DNA of 64,000 bases from Octopus bimaculoides (GCF_001194135.2 NC_068981.1:190051443-190115442), one strand, 5' to 3'; counted from the stretch's first letter, positions 50,952-63,888 are shown. Made by a program: numbers and translations. Notes: a model not told the origin generated them from the sequence alone.

Positions 50952-51007
<56 letters not shown>

Positions 51008-51349
51008 CACACACAGAGAGACATATATGAGCAATAATTTAGAATTCTGAAGTTCTTCTGTGTGATTGCTTTTGCTATTCTTTCCTGCTACTTGCTTGAG
51101 TGTGTTTACACATGTTAGAAGTCATTCAAGATCAAATCGGGTTTTTTAAAGTGCAAAGTTTTCGCATGTAAAACCATATCAACATTTCAAGCGATGTTGC
51201 TGTATTTTACGTTGCCCATCATTTATTATACATTTGTACATTCTCTATTACATTTTGATATTTATTGAAAAATGTTTCTACTCGAAAATATTTTTCACTC
51301 TTCCTCTCCCATATACAAAGATATATATCATATATATATATGTATTTTA

Positions 51350-51740
51350 TCATCATCATCATCTTCATCATTGTTTAACGTCCGTTTTCCATGCTAGCAT
51401 GGGATGGACGGTTCGACTGGGGTCTGAGAGGCCAGGAAGCTGCACCAGGCTCCAGTCTGATCTGGCAGTTTTTCTACAGCTAGATGCCCTTTTCAACACC
51501 AACCACTCAGCAGAGTGGACTTAGTGCTTTTTACGTGGCCCAAACACAAGCGAGGTGAGTAGTGCCTTTTATGTGGACGCATGATGATGTTACATAAATC
51601 AGTGTGCCACCTGCATGGGTGCCAGCCATGTGGCACTGGCAATGACCACACCCAAATGGTGCTTTTTACATTGCACCAGCACAGGAGCCAGTCAAGTGGC
51701 ACTGGCCTCAACCACGCTCATAAGGTGCTTTTATGTAGCA
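51350..51740 (-). mobile_element. SINE D / RTE tail
   Basis: (CAT)n TTTAACGTCCGTTTTCCATGCTAGCATGGG... plus about 3 degenerate 65-bp units. Confidence 0.85.
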
Positions 51741-52024
51741 CAGAAACTAAATAACCTACAAGGAGAACCTACACATGATGACTACTAAAAATAGTAGCCA
51801 ATCTTTCCTCGGATAAGACCCTATGCCTTTAAAGATAAGGAGAGAACACATTAGATAATGCAGTTTTGGATTTAAAAAACAAAACAAAACACAGAAGCAT
51901 TGGTCAAGACTGGAATGGCTTTGGTTATAACTTTGTTTAATTAGAATTGATTTGAAACTAAACAAAACTAAGAGTAACAACAATAAAAACAGCAACATCA
52001 GCAACAACAACAGGAACTCTTTTA

Positions 52025-52211
52025 CTCTTTTACTTGTTTCAGTCATTTGACTGCGGTCATGCTGGAGCACCACCTTTAGTCGAGAAATTGACTTTGTAAG
52101 CCTAGTACTTATTCTATCCGTCTCTTTTGCTGAACCGCTAAGTTACGGGGACGTAAACACACTACCATTGGTTGTCAAGCGATGTTGAGAATGGGACAAA
52201 CACAGACACAA

Positions 52212-52252
<41 letters not shown>

Positions 52253-52708
52253 NNNNNNNNNNNNNNNNNNNNNNNNNNNNNNNNNNNNNNNNNNNNNNNN
52301 NNNNNNNNNNNNNNNNNNNNNNNNNNNNNNNNNNNNNNNNNNNNNNNNNNNNNNNNNNNNNNNNNNNNNNNNNNNNNNNNNNNNNNNNNNNNNNNNNNNN
52401 NNNNNNNNNNNNNNNNNNNNNNNNNNNNNNNNNNNNNNNNNNNNNNNNNNNNNNNNNNNNNNNNNNNNNNNNNNNNNNNNNNNNNNNNNNNNNNNNNNNN
52501 NNNNNNNNNNNNNNNNNNNNNNTATATATACATATATATATATATACATATATACGACGGTCTTCTTTCAGTTTACGCCTACAAAATCCACTCACAAGGC
52601 TTTGGTCGGCCTGAGGCTATAGTAGAAGACACTTGCCCAAGGTGCCATGCAGTGGGACTGAACCCGGAACCATTTGATCAGTAAGCAAGCTACTTACCAC
52701 ACAACCAC
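52025..52708 (-). mobile_element. SINE family B spanning a gap in its internal microsatellite
   Basis: Both halves match the B consensus. Confidence 0.85.
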
Positions 52709-53557
52709 GGAACAACAACAATAACAACAGAAATAACTGCAGCAGCAACATCAAGATCAACAACAACAACAACTATGACACCAACAACAATAACAGCAAC
52801 GATACCAAAATATTTCATAAATGGCAGCAAATTTTAAAATGATAAAGGTTTTACTGCAATGATTTACTGCCATAATCCATTTTAATTGGCATCCATTTTG
52901 AAAGTATTGATCGTTAACATCGGAATATTCCCGTTAAGAACATAGCTTAAACCGTGTCTTGCGAAGTGTCGGATACTGCATCAACGTCTAAACTATGTTC
53001 TCTCTATTTCTCTATATCCCACTTATCACTTCCATGAGTCGATAAGACATGGAAAGAAAACAATCCAAGAGGGAAATATAACTGAAAGCTGATGAATAAT
53101 TGAAGGATTTTATTGTATCACAGAGTGAAACCTCTAAAATGACACCAGAGGAGGATAAAAGAAATCTAATATAAATTGCTAAGGATACATTTACTAGCTG
53201 CAGTGTTGCAATTTTGTTGCTGCTGTTGTGGTTGTTGTTGTTGCTGCTGCTGCTGCTGTTGTTGTTGTTGGGGGTTTTAGTATTTAGTTCCATGTCAGCT
53301 TTCATTGAGAAGTGTCTTTAATAGAGTTAATTCCATCCCAAGTATTCAGATTCCGGTCAGGTTCCAGTGTTGAGAATGTCAGATGCATCTGAACCTAAGG
53401 GTTCTGGGTTCATTCTCGTTGCTTGGCACTTTGGGTGTATGCCTTCAACTATAGCTCCACGCTGACCTAACCCTTGTGAGTTGATTTGGTAGAGAGAAAC
53501 TGAGAGAAGCATATATATATATATATATATATATACATACACACACACACACATACA

Positions 53558-53786
53558 TTCTTTAATTTGTTTCAGCCGTTTGACTGTGGCCATGCTGGAG
53601 CACCTCCTTTAGTCAAACAAATTGACTCCAAGACTTATTCTTTGTAAGCCTACTATTTATTCTGTCGGTCTCTTTTTGCCAAACTGCTAGGTTTTAGGGG
53701 ATGTAAACACACCAACATCGGTTGTCAAGCGATGGTGGTGGGACAAACACAGACACAAACATATACACATATAGACACACACACAT

Positions 53787-53819
<33 letters not shown>

Positions 53820-54500
53820 CGATGAGCTTTCAGTTTCCGTCTACCAAATCCACTCACAAAGCTTTGGTTGGCTTGAGGCTAAAGCAGAAGAAACTTGCCC
53901 GAGGTGCCACACAGTGGGACTGAACCCGAACCATGTGTTTGGTAAGCAAGCTCCTTACCACACAGCCACTCCTGTACCTATGTATATATATATATGTTTG
54001 TCATCATCATCATCATTATCTTTTAATGTCTGCTTCCCATGCTGGCATGGGTTGGACAGTTTAACTGAGGACTGATGGGCCAGGAGGCTGTGTCAGGCTC
54101 CAATCTGTTCTTGCACATTCTGAAAGTGTAGTAGGTGCTTTTTACGTGCCACCGGCATCAACCACACTCAAATGGTGCATTTTACGTGCCACCAGCATGA
54201 AAGCCAGTTAGGCGGCACTAGCATCTATGTGTGTATGTATGTATGTGTGTGTGCGTGCATGTGTGTGTGTGTGTGTGTGTGTGTATCTATTTGTGTGTGT
54301 GTCTGGGATTTTGTTTGTCCCCTCCACCACCTGACAACTGGTGTTAGTGCGTTTATGCTGTGTAACTTAACGGTTTGGCAAAAGAGACCAATAGAATAAG
54401 TACTAGTCTTAAAAAAATTACTGGTCTTGATTTCTTCGACTAAAATACTCTGCAAGGCAGTGCTCCAGCATGGCCACAGTCTAATGACTGAAACAAGTAA
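53558..54500. mobile_element. SINE cluster: B (53558-53978, -), D (53998-54220, -), B 3' half (54290-54500, +)
   Basis: Family-diagnostic blocks as above. Confidence 0.85.
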
Positions 54501-54679
54501 GGGCAAAAGAAGGATAAAGGATAACTCCTGATTCAGCCAAAGAAAGAATCTGTGGGTTCAAATCTTGAAAGAAATAAATACATTGTGCTTCCAAAATTAT
54601 TCTGCCTCAACGAATTTCTCTGACCCATACAAGCAAGGGAAAGTGTGCCTTAAAACAAAGGTGTTGATGATTATTGTGG

Positions 54680-54713
<34 letters not shown>

Positions 54714-54759
54714 GATGACGATGACGATGACGATGACGACGTCAATGACAATGGTTGTA

Positions 54760-55250
54760 GAAATACTGAATTTTGAGGAGCCTGTACGAAATGTTCATTG
54801 TAAGATTGTTGAGGTGGTACGCCATCTTGGATTTAATGAGATGAATGATAAACGTAAGGTTTCTTTGATCGAATTGTGAAGAAATGTTTACTGAGGGCTT
54901 CGTTGATGTGGAACAGTAACCTGTTGAAGAAGATCAGCATGAAAAAGGGTGAAGATGCAGAACCAGAACAAATTTTAACAACCAAAGATTTGACCAACAC
55001 CTTCTAATTTAAGAGAAAAAAAAAAAGCTCAGATGCCATGAACGTTTTTTACTGAAAACGATCCCCAAAGAATTGAGAGACGTTCTGATGCAGAAAACTT
55101 AATAAATGGATTCAACTGTTGCAAGGAATTACTCCGATAGGAAAGAAAAAATGCATCAAAGATTATTTTTCAAGTAAATAATTATCATATTTTGTTGTAC
55201 ATTGGGAGGGTCATTATGCCAATAATAAACACATGTACTGGTTATTTTTC
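54760..55250 (+). mobile_element. Tigger/pogo-like transposase C-terminal relic
   Basis: KIVEVVRHLGFNEM..., EQILTTKDL..., ENDPQRIER resemble the Tigger C-terminus (IV.LA..LGF.EVD...LT.K.L...DP..ER). Confidence 0.45.
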
Positions 55251-55339
55251 ATTTCTTTATTCTTTATTTGTTAAATAACTAAGCGATTATTTTCCAAGAT
55301 GCTTCAGTACACGAGATCAAGAAACTTGCAAACCAAATC

Positions 55340-56555
55340 CAAAATCGAAATTATCATATTGGTAGATGGCCCTGCTCAATCTGTAGAAAAGGCATAGGTA
55401 GAAATGCCATAAGATGTACCCAGTGTAAGCTATGGACACATAAGAGGGGCAGCAATATCAAAGGAAGGCTAACTGGGAAGATGATTTTTGTGTGTTGCAA
55501 ATGCACAGGGTCAATAAACACTGAAAATGTGCAGAAAACAGCTTCCATTACATGCCAGGGGGAAAAACTAGAAGTAGTCGATAGCATCTGTTACCTAGGT
55601 GACCAAGTCTGTAGCGGATGCTCTGACAGCATAGCTGTTAGAATAAGAATAGCCTGGGCAAAATACAGAGAGCTCCTACCTCTGCTGGTAATAAAGGGCC
55701 TCTCAGTCAGAGTGAAAGGTAGACTGTATGATGCCGTGTGTGTCATCTGCTATGCTACATGGCAGTGAAACATGAGCTGTGACTGCTGAGGACATGTATA
55801 GGCTTGCAAGAAATGAAGCTACTATTCTCGGCTGGATGTGTAATATTTGTGTGCATACACAACAGAGAGTAAGTACCCTGAGAGAAAAGTTGGACATAAA
55901 TAGCATCAGGTGTGGTGTGCAAGAGAGATGACTGCGCTGGTATGGTTATGTGTTACGTATGGATGAGGAGAGCTGTGTAAAGAAGTGTCACACCCTATCA
56001 GTGGAGGGAAACTGTGGAAGAAGTAGACCCAGGAAGACATGGGATAAGGTGGTGAAGCATGATCTTTGAATGTTGGGCCTCACAGAGGCAGTGACAAGCG
56101 ACCGAGACCTTTGGAGATATGCTGTGCTTGAGAAGACCCGGCAAGCCAAGTGAGATTGTAACCATGGCCTATGCCAGTGCAGCATAACCAGTCCATTTAA
56201 GAGTACCTTTCAATCATTGGGCAATAAACTGTGCTTGAGAAGACCTGTTGAATCAAGTGAAGACGTTGTCGTGGCTGATGCCACTACCACCAGACTGGCT
56301 CCTGTACTGGTGGTACGTAAAATGCACCATACGAACATGGTTGATGCCAGTGCCGCCTGACTGGTCCCATGCTGGTGGCACATAAAAAGCACCCACTACA
56401 CTCTCGGAGTGGTTGGCATTAGGAAAAGCATCCAGCAGTAGAAACCTTGCCAGATCAGACTGGAACCTGGTACAGCCTTCTGGCTTGCCAGTCCTCAGTC
56501 AAATCGTCCAACCCATGCCACATAGAAAGCGGATATTAAACAATGATGATGATGT
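55340..56555 (+). mobile_element. 5'-truncated RTE/RTEX-type LINE (RT C-terminal half with Cys-rich insert, 3'UTR repeats, (GAT)n tail)
   Basis: RWPCSICRKGIGRNAIRCTQCKLWTHKR, LEVVDSICYLGD, RIAWAKYRELLPLL, KGRLYD, LRWYGYVLRMDE, RSRPRKTWDKVVKHDL; frameshifts. Confidence 0.9.
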
Positions 56556-56864
56556 TGATGATGTTTTTATAAATATATTTACAATACATGCATATATTCC
56601 AATGTTTAATGTTTAAAACATTTTGAACTTTGTATAGGAATTTGTTGATTATTTTGTGGCTAAGAATATAGAAGAGGAATATATAATTCTTTATATCATT
56701 AAAGCTACAATAAAACGAATGGGTTTTGTTTAACATCATGTCAGTTAAGGACACGTTTCCAAAGCAATGTCTCTTAAGACATGTAAGTGTTTTTTCTGTT
56801 TACACCTTTTCAAATACACACGTTACAGAGTAGTCTATATTGAGGAAATTGTTTTTAGGAGTGA

Positions 56865-57600
56865 TGTTGACTACTTCCAGTTTAATTTTAGATTTAGAAA
56901 TTCTTGCAAAGTATTCTTCTTTTGCCTTTCCTAATTTATCATTTTCTTCCTGTACTTTGAATAAAGGTAATATTTTGAATTTTTGATTTGCAGAAATGTC
57001 TAAATGTTCACTTCATGGAACATTTCTAAGAAATGACTCTTTGATTTGTTGCTTATATACTCTAACTCGATATATTAATATCGATCCTATTTGGCCAATA
57101 TAATTCTCATTGCATTATGAGCATGAGATACAGTTAATGAGGTTTTTTTTTGTTTTGCAGTTCTTATTTGCATTAACCTTCAGCTCATTCTCATTCTTGA
57201 ACTTTTGGTTTGCTCTGTTCAATTATTTCACTCATCTCATAATGAAGATATTTTGTTAATTGCATTATTTCTTCTGGTGCGAATTTTGTCATTTTTAAGA
57301 GTCTTTTAAGATTTGGTAGTTGTCATTGGTTGACGGTAATTTGTGATTCTTTAATTATTTTCAAGTATTTGATGATTGGTACGGATTGGGAAAAGTAGTG
57401 TTTGGCTGATTGTAAGATGTCATGATTTCTACGATTATGGGTGGCTACAATGGAATACTTTTGTTGCTTTTGTCTTCACCCTTATTGTGTGAGTCTTTTC
57501 CAAAAGACAGTCGTTAGTTTCTCTTTTGTCCTGATGGTGGTAGGATTTACTAAGTTTTTCTGGTAGTTTTGTTTCTTAAGGAATAATTTTACAAATGCAC
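56865..57600 (-). mobile_element. Penelope-like (Neptune-type) RT C-terminus plus GIY-YIG relic
   Basis: YRQP..NLKRLL; NLINCISCS*CNENYIGQIGSILIYRVRVYKQQIK...SEHLD....FKILPLFK...KAKEEYF...LN. Confidence 0.7.
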
Positions 57601-57605
57601 AAAAT

Positions 57606-58030
57606 ACATGCTTGTATACATACATACATACATACATATATACATACATACATACATACATACATGCAAACAAAAATACCCTGTTGTTGATGTTGAAATT
57701 CTAATGAAGGAGCCTTGGATCTAGGTTAGAAACTGGTTCTTTCTCTATTGGCAAGAAATCTTGAAATAAAACTGAATGATGACATACATACATACATATA
57801 AACTTAGAAAATCCCTCTGTTATGGAATACATTCATAAACACCAGCTCAAGGAACACTGGGGGAATACTCCCATCAAAACGTCTGTCAAATGTAAGCATA
57901 ACAGGCCAGATAATGTTGTTTGGGACAGAGGGGCAAAGGTATGTACCATCATAGAGGTCAGCTGTCCTGCAGATATGAATTGCTCTTTGAAAAATCAAAG
58001 AAAAAAGAGGATATCTATGGACAACCGCTG
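57606..58030 (+). mobile_element. R4-like 3'UTR unit followed directly by a 5'-truncated R4-like RLE fragment inserted in its (CATA)n tail
   Basis: ...AAATAAAACTGAATGATGACATACATACATACAT|ATAAACTTAGAAAATCCCTCTGTTATGGAATACATTCATAAAC; ORF MEYIHKHQLKEHWGNTPIKTSVKCKHNRPD, very close to the 12.6-kb copy. Confidence 0.85.
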
Positions 58031-58424
58031 AGGAGCAACCCCATCTGTTGTTGCTGGAATTCATTTTTGGTTGAGTTGGTTGAAGTAAAGTGAAAATAAG
58101 AGTTTTACTGAAGATAATGGTGTACTGCCCTCTCTGGGAATTGAAACTATGATCTTACAATCACAAAACCAGTCGACTAAAGATCAGGCTATGTGCCTTC
58201 ACTGCTCAAGCAAACAACAACCATTACAAAGACTAAAATTTCTTGTAGTTTCCAGGGCCAAGAAATTATTTAACCTTTATGAGTCATTGAGCTTTTATGA
58301 TGCTTGAGTCAGACCCACATTGGACATTGGATTATTGAATACGTGGGAGATAATACTACTGCATACACACACATGCACACACACACACACACACGTGCAT
58401 GTATGCATGTGTGTGTGTGGGTAT

Positions 58425-58637
58425 TCTTTTATTCTTTTCTTTGTTTCAGTCATTTGATTGCGGCCATGCTGGAGCACCGCCTTTAGTTGAATCAATCAGC
58501 TCTAGGACTTATTCTTTGTACGCTTAGTACTTATTCTATTGGTCCCTTTTGCTGAACCACTAAGTTACAGGGTTGTAAACACACCAACATCGGTTTCAGG
58601 CGATGGTGGTGGGGACAAACACAGACACACAAACACA

Positions 58638-58686
<49 letters not shown>

Positions 58687-59020
58687 TGGGTTTCTTTCAG
58701 TTTCCATCTACCAAATCCACTCAAGACTTTGGTCAGCCTGAAGCTATAGTAGAAGACATTTGCCCATGTGGTTGGTAAGCAAGCTACTTACCACACAGCC
58801 ACTCCTGCACCTATATGTGTGTGTATACACACACACACACGCACACACACATATATATATATATATATGAAGGGCTTATTTCAGTTTCTGTCTGTCAAAT
58901 CCACTTACAAAGCTTTGGTCAAACTTGGGCTATTATAGAAGACATTTACCTAAGTCAGTACAGTGGGACTGAACCCAAGACCTCATGGTTGGGAAGCAAG
59001 CTTCTTACCTGCACAACCAT
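58425..59020 (-). mobile_element. SINE family B full copy plus a second 5' half
   Basis: Family-diagnostic blocks. Confidence 0.85.
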
Positions 59021-60112
59021 GTCTGTAACTATGCAATAAAAAACACACTAAAACATTCAGTTTTGAATTTCACCATTTTCTGCTGATGTTTTGTAGTCTT
59101 AACATTTCTTGTGTGACAAATAATCTAACATCTCAATATTCGGAAAAGACTTTGTACAGAATAAGTCGGATCTTTTATTTTGGTATTTCTGACAGAACTT
59201 GTATCTCTATTGAAGCTGATTTTATGATTTGCCAATACAAGATAATTTGAACTGCTTTTCACTTTCATTCATTCACTTCGAGTATTATTTATTATCCAAC
59301 ACATTTACAGAACTATTCAAAAAAAGCTATGAACCTGGTGACATAAAAAAACGAAAGTTCTGAAGAAAGAAACTTTAATTTCCCTTGCTGAATGTCAGAG
59401 TTACGAAAATCTAAATAAATTTTCTGGTCAAAAGATTTTTTTTTTCATGGATATTAGAGGTTGTCATAAATACCAAGTTATACATGAAAATGGTTGTTCA
59501 TGATAAAAAGAGTAACAATCATCTACTTTAAAGTTCACTAAGTCTTTATCTAATCTTAGAAATGTTTTATAAAGACTGGTAATGATAAAGTTTCTTAAAA
59601 GACAACATGGTAGTATCTGATGTAGTATAAGAACAAGTGAAAAGAAAACATGTTTATTATAAATGATTTTTGTATCGAATAAATAGAATGACACAATATA
59701 TCCATTAATAGTATTTAAATATAATACTTTAAACCATCGTCAGACAATAAATATATTTATTATGGGTTCTTTACATTTATCAGGATGTTCAATATACTGA
59801 AATTTACTTTGTAGATACAACGTTTTTCCTGTATTTAATTCACAGAAAAGATTTATAAATTGAATGAGATTATATAGAATATATGTTAACTCTTTAGTTA
59901 ACAGAAGTTTTCAGAGATGTACTTGCCAGACAAGTGATTTGACCTGAGAAGTGAAACTAAAGCAATTATTCTTTGGAAGACACATTTCAACCATTCAAAA
60001 ATCGCACAAAGACTGTCATCTTCTCTTAAGTATTTATTATTTGCTGTTAAAAGTTTTGTCATACTAACTGTGACCAAGTCACTGACTTGGTTTCACTGCA
60101 ACTTTAAAAGTA

Positions 60113-60151
<39 letters not shown>

Positions 60152-60454
60152 GCATGATAATATCTATTTCTCACTAAAAGTGGATGTTGGATTAGAATAC
60201 AGAATGCTGAGTTATTCATGATGAGAGGACATTTCAGATGAATGTGTGCTGCACAAAAGAATTTGTGTTTCTATTGCTGACAGGTGATAACTGTCTGCTA
60301 GAGCCACTCAAACTGGCAGATCCCGTGATTTCTCCCTTCTTTGAGCTTGTCAATGACAAACGTCCTGCACCCAGTTTCTCCCACCAGTGATAGATAATTC
60401 TCGGTGGCTTGCCAGTGTCTATTCAACCACTAGTATCACAAATAGCCAGTGGCC

Positions 60455-61320
60455 TTTATCATCATCATCATCATCATCATCAATTTTCCATTCTGGCATG
60501 GGTTGGACAGTTCGACTGAGGTCTGGGAAGCCAGGAGGCTGCACCAGGCTCCAGTCTGATCTGGCAGTGTTTCTACAGCAGGATGCCCTTCCTAATGCCA
60601 ACCACTCCGAGAATGTAGTGGATGCTTCTTTACGTGCCACTAGCACAGGAGCCAAAGGGGGCTGCCATCAACCATAATCAGATGGTGCTTTTTACATTCC
60701 ACTGGCATAGGAGCCAGTCAAGGTGACGCTGACATCGGCCACATTTGGCTGGTGCTTTTTACATGCCACCAGCACAAAAGCCAGTCAAGGCAGCGCTGGC
60801 ATTGGCCACATTTGTACGGTGATTTTTACGTGTCACTGGCACAGGGATCACAACTACATTTTCCATTTGATTGTAATTTGATTTGATTTTAATGTACTTG
60901 ACTCAATAGGTCTCCTCAAGCATGGCATGTCACCCTACGATCCAAGGAACTTTTGACTGGTGTAGGTTACAGCTGTGAACTCACTTTATTTGCCGGGTCT
61001 TCTCAGTCACAGCATATCTCCAGAGGTCTCCTTCTTTTGTCATTGCCTCTGTGAGGCCCAATGTTCAAAGATCATGCTTCACCACCTCATCCCATATCTT
61101 CCTGGGTCTACCTCTACCCCGGATTCCTTCAACTGTATGGGAGTGGCACTTCTTCACACAGCTCTTCTCATCCATTCGTAGTACATGACCATACCAACGC
61201 AAACTTCTTTCTTGCACGTCACATTCGATGCTTCTTATGACTAACATTTCTCTCAGGGAATTTATTACATAATTTTTTGTTCCCAAAGAAGAGACACAAA
61301 GTTTTTCCAGCTGCATCTCT
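60455..61320 (-). mobile_element. RTE-type LINE 3' fragment
   Basis: VQERSLRWYGHVLRMDEKSCVKKCH...RGRGRPRKIWDEVVKHDL plus D tail. Confidence 0.85.
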
Positions 61321-61474
61321 CTGAAATAGAACTGGACTTAAACATTGCCTCAGAATTACTTGAGCTGATATTAAGACAATCAGGCTGAATGGTTGCCACT
61401 TGGAACAAAATACTCAACAGCATTTCTTCCAAATCTTTACATTCTGAGCTCAAATCCAGTCAAAGTCCATTTTT

Positions 61475-62260
61475 CTGGTTGCCCTTCCTAACACCAAACA
61501 CTCCCAGAGTGTAGTGGGTACTTTTATGTGCCACCAGCACGAGGGCCAGTCAGGTGGTTCTTGCAACGACCATGCTCAAAAGGTGTTTTTTACATGCTAC
61601 CTGCACAGGAGCCAGTCCAGCGGCACTGGCAATGACCACACTCAAATGTTGCTTTTTACATGGGCCATGACTGCTGAGGACATGCATAAGCATGCAAAGA
61701 ATGAAGCTAGTATGCTCCAATGGATGTGTAATGTCAGTGTGCATACACGACAGAGTGTAAGTGCCCTGAAAGAATAGTTGGACATAAGGAACATCAGATA
61801 TGGTGTGCAAGAGAGACAACTGCACTGGTATGATCACATGATGTGTATGGTTGAGGACAGCTGTGTGAAAAAGTGTCACAGCTTAGCAGTTGAGGGAACC
61901 TGTGCTCGAAGTAGACCCGGGAAGACCTGGGATGAGGCAGTGAAGCACGACCTTCGAACATTGGACCTCACTGAGGCAATGACTAGTGACCGAGACCTTT
62001 GGAGTTATGCGGTGCTCAAGAAGACTCGTGGCCGATGCCAGTACTGTGTGACTGGCCCTCGTGCTGGTGGCACATAAAAAGCACCCACTACACTCTCAGA
62101 GTGGTTGGCATTAGGAAGGGAATCCAGCTGTAGAAACATTGCCAGATCAGATTGGAGCCTGGTACAGCCTTCTGGCTTGCCAGTCCCCAGTGAAACCATC
62201 TAATCCATGCCAGCAGGGAAAGCAGACGTTAAACAACGATGATAATGATGATGATGATGT
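61475..62260 (+). mobile_element. RTE-type LINE 3' fragment (61660-62260) preceded by an inverted tail fragment (61475-61660)
   Basis: WAMTAEDM...MLQWMCNVSVHT; LHWYDHMM...RPGKTWDEAVKHDL; the upstream piece is D tail in minus orientation. Confidence 0.85.
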
Positions 62261-62288
62261 AAAGTGCGTGCTTTTCCCTTCTTTAATT

Positions 62289-62328
<40 letters not shown>

Positions 62329-62857
62329 GTGTGTGTTTGTGTGTGTGTGTGTGTGTGAGTAGATATATGTTTGTATATGTATGTGAAGCTCACACATACT
62401 TACATACATACATATATATGCATGTGTGTGTATCAGAAAATAGCAATTATTGCACCAACTGCTAGTCCCAGATAAAAGACATTTCGTTGTTCATTTATCA
62501 TATTCTGATTCCATTGATTCCCTTAGTAAGCTTGTATTCATTATGTCTTCCTGTCCTAAGTGTATAACCTGAATATCCAATTCATAAATTCTTTCGATTC
62601 TACTTATTACTAAACCTGTATATTAAACTAAAAATGGCCACACTGTTTCCATAACTTGCCATGCCAAAACATCATCTGCTCATTAGGTGTAAATGATTTG
62701 TTAAGTGTTCTCAGTGGAAAGTGGTAAAAATAGTTTTGACTTCACTGTTTGTGGTAGCCATTTGGATATTTAAATAATACTGGCATTGATATCAGGTTGT
62801 GAATTTTTCATCAATAGAAATGTTAAACTTTATGTTAAATCAATAGAAATGCTAAAA

Positions 62858-63290
62858 GGTGGTGAGCTGGCAGAAACGTTAGCATGTTGGGCGAAATGCT
62901 TAGCGGTATCTCGTCTGCCACTACATTGTAAGTTCAAATTCTGCCGAGGTCAAAGTTGCCTTTCATCCTTCCGGGGGTCCATAAATTATGTACCAGTTAT
63001 GCACTGGGTTCGATGTAATCGACTTAATCTCTTTGTCTGTCCTTGTTTGTTCCCTCTATGTTTAGCCCCTTGTGAGCAATGAAGAAATAAGAAACGTTAG
63101 CATGCCAGGCAAAATGCTTAACAGTATTTCGTCTGTCTTTATGTTCTGAGTTCAAATTCTGTCGAGGTCGACTTTGCCTTTCGTCCTTTTGGGGTTGATA
63201 AATTAAGTACCAGTTATGCACTGGGTTGATGTAATCAATTTAATCCTTTTGTTTATCCTTGTTTGTCCTCTGTATGTTTAGCCCCTTGTG
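62858..63290 (+). mobile_element. SINE family A tandem dimer
   Basis: The second unit starts at ...GAAGAAATAAGAAACGTTAGC and lacks the first about 14 nt of the head. Confidence 0.9.
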
Positions 63291-63296
63291 TGCCTG

Positions 63297-63324
<28 letters not shown>

Positions 63325-63328
<4 letters not shown>

Positions 63329-63604
63329 TTATAATTAAGGAAATCTAAGAGATACCACCATGCTTGAAATAGCAGTCAAGACCTGACGCTAAAACCACAT
63401 CACATATTTAATACAACACAAGGTGAAAAGACAAATAGATAAATAAACTAGTAAAATTGTAATTATCCAATATTTCACTAGTTTGTTTATCTATTTGTCT
63501 TTTCACCTTGTGCTGTATTGAACACAGGATGTGGTTTTAGAGTCAGGTCTTGACTGCTATCTCAAGTGTGGTGGTATCTCTTAGATACCCTTACTTATAA
63601 TTTT
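63325..63604. repeat. Fold-back element, about 130-bp arms, about 20-nt loop
   Basis: ATCTAAGAGATACCACCA...GCAGTCAAGACCTGAC...CACAAGGTGAAAAGACAAATAGATAAA-AAACTAGT mirrored downstream. Confidence 0.9.
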
Positions 63605-63699
63605 AATAATAATTATAACCTATAAGGATTTTTCTTCCCATGCTGCCACATGATTTGATCGTTATTTAAATAACGATTTTATCCTGATTTATATATCAT

Positions 63700-63888
63700 C
63701 ATCATCATCATCATCATTGTTTAACGTCCGCTTTCCATGCTAGCATGGGTTGGACGATTTGACTGAAGACTGGCAAGCCAGATGGCTGCACCAGGCTCCA
63801 ATCTGATCTGGCAGAGTTTCTATTGCTGGATGCCCTTCCTAACGCCAACTACTCCGAGAGTGTAGTGGGTGCTTTTTACGTGCCACCG
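63700..63888 (-). mobile_element. SINE D tail
   Basis: (CAT)n TTTAACGTCCGCTTTCCATGCTAGCATGGG...GGATGCCCTTCCTAACGCCAAC. Confidence 0.9.

Noticed and set aside
582-52684. Long ORFs full of X and ORFs of poly-CV/HT/YI/MMM/SSS in the supplied track
   Set aside because: They run through N-gaps or simple microsatellites and have no coding signal.
60294-60389. Terminal exon reading GDNCLLEPLKLADPVISPFFELVNDKRPAPSFSHQ*
   Set aside because: It has a plausible acceptor, but no supporting upstream exon, no recognised homology, and an equally long open frame on the opposite strand.
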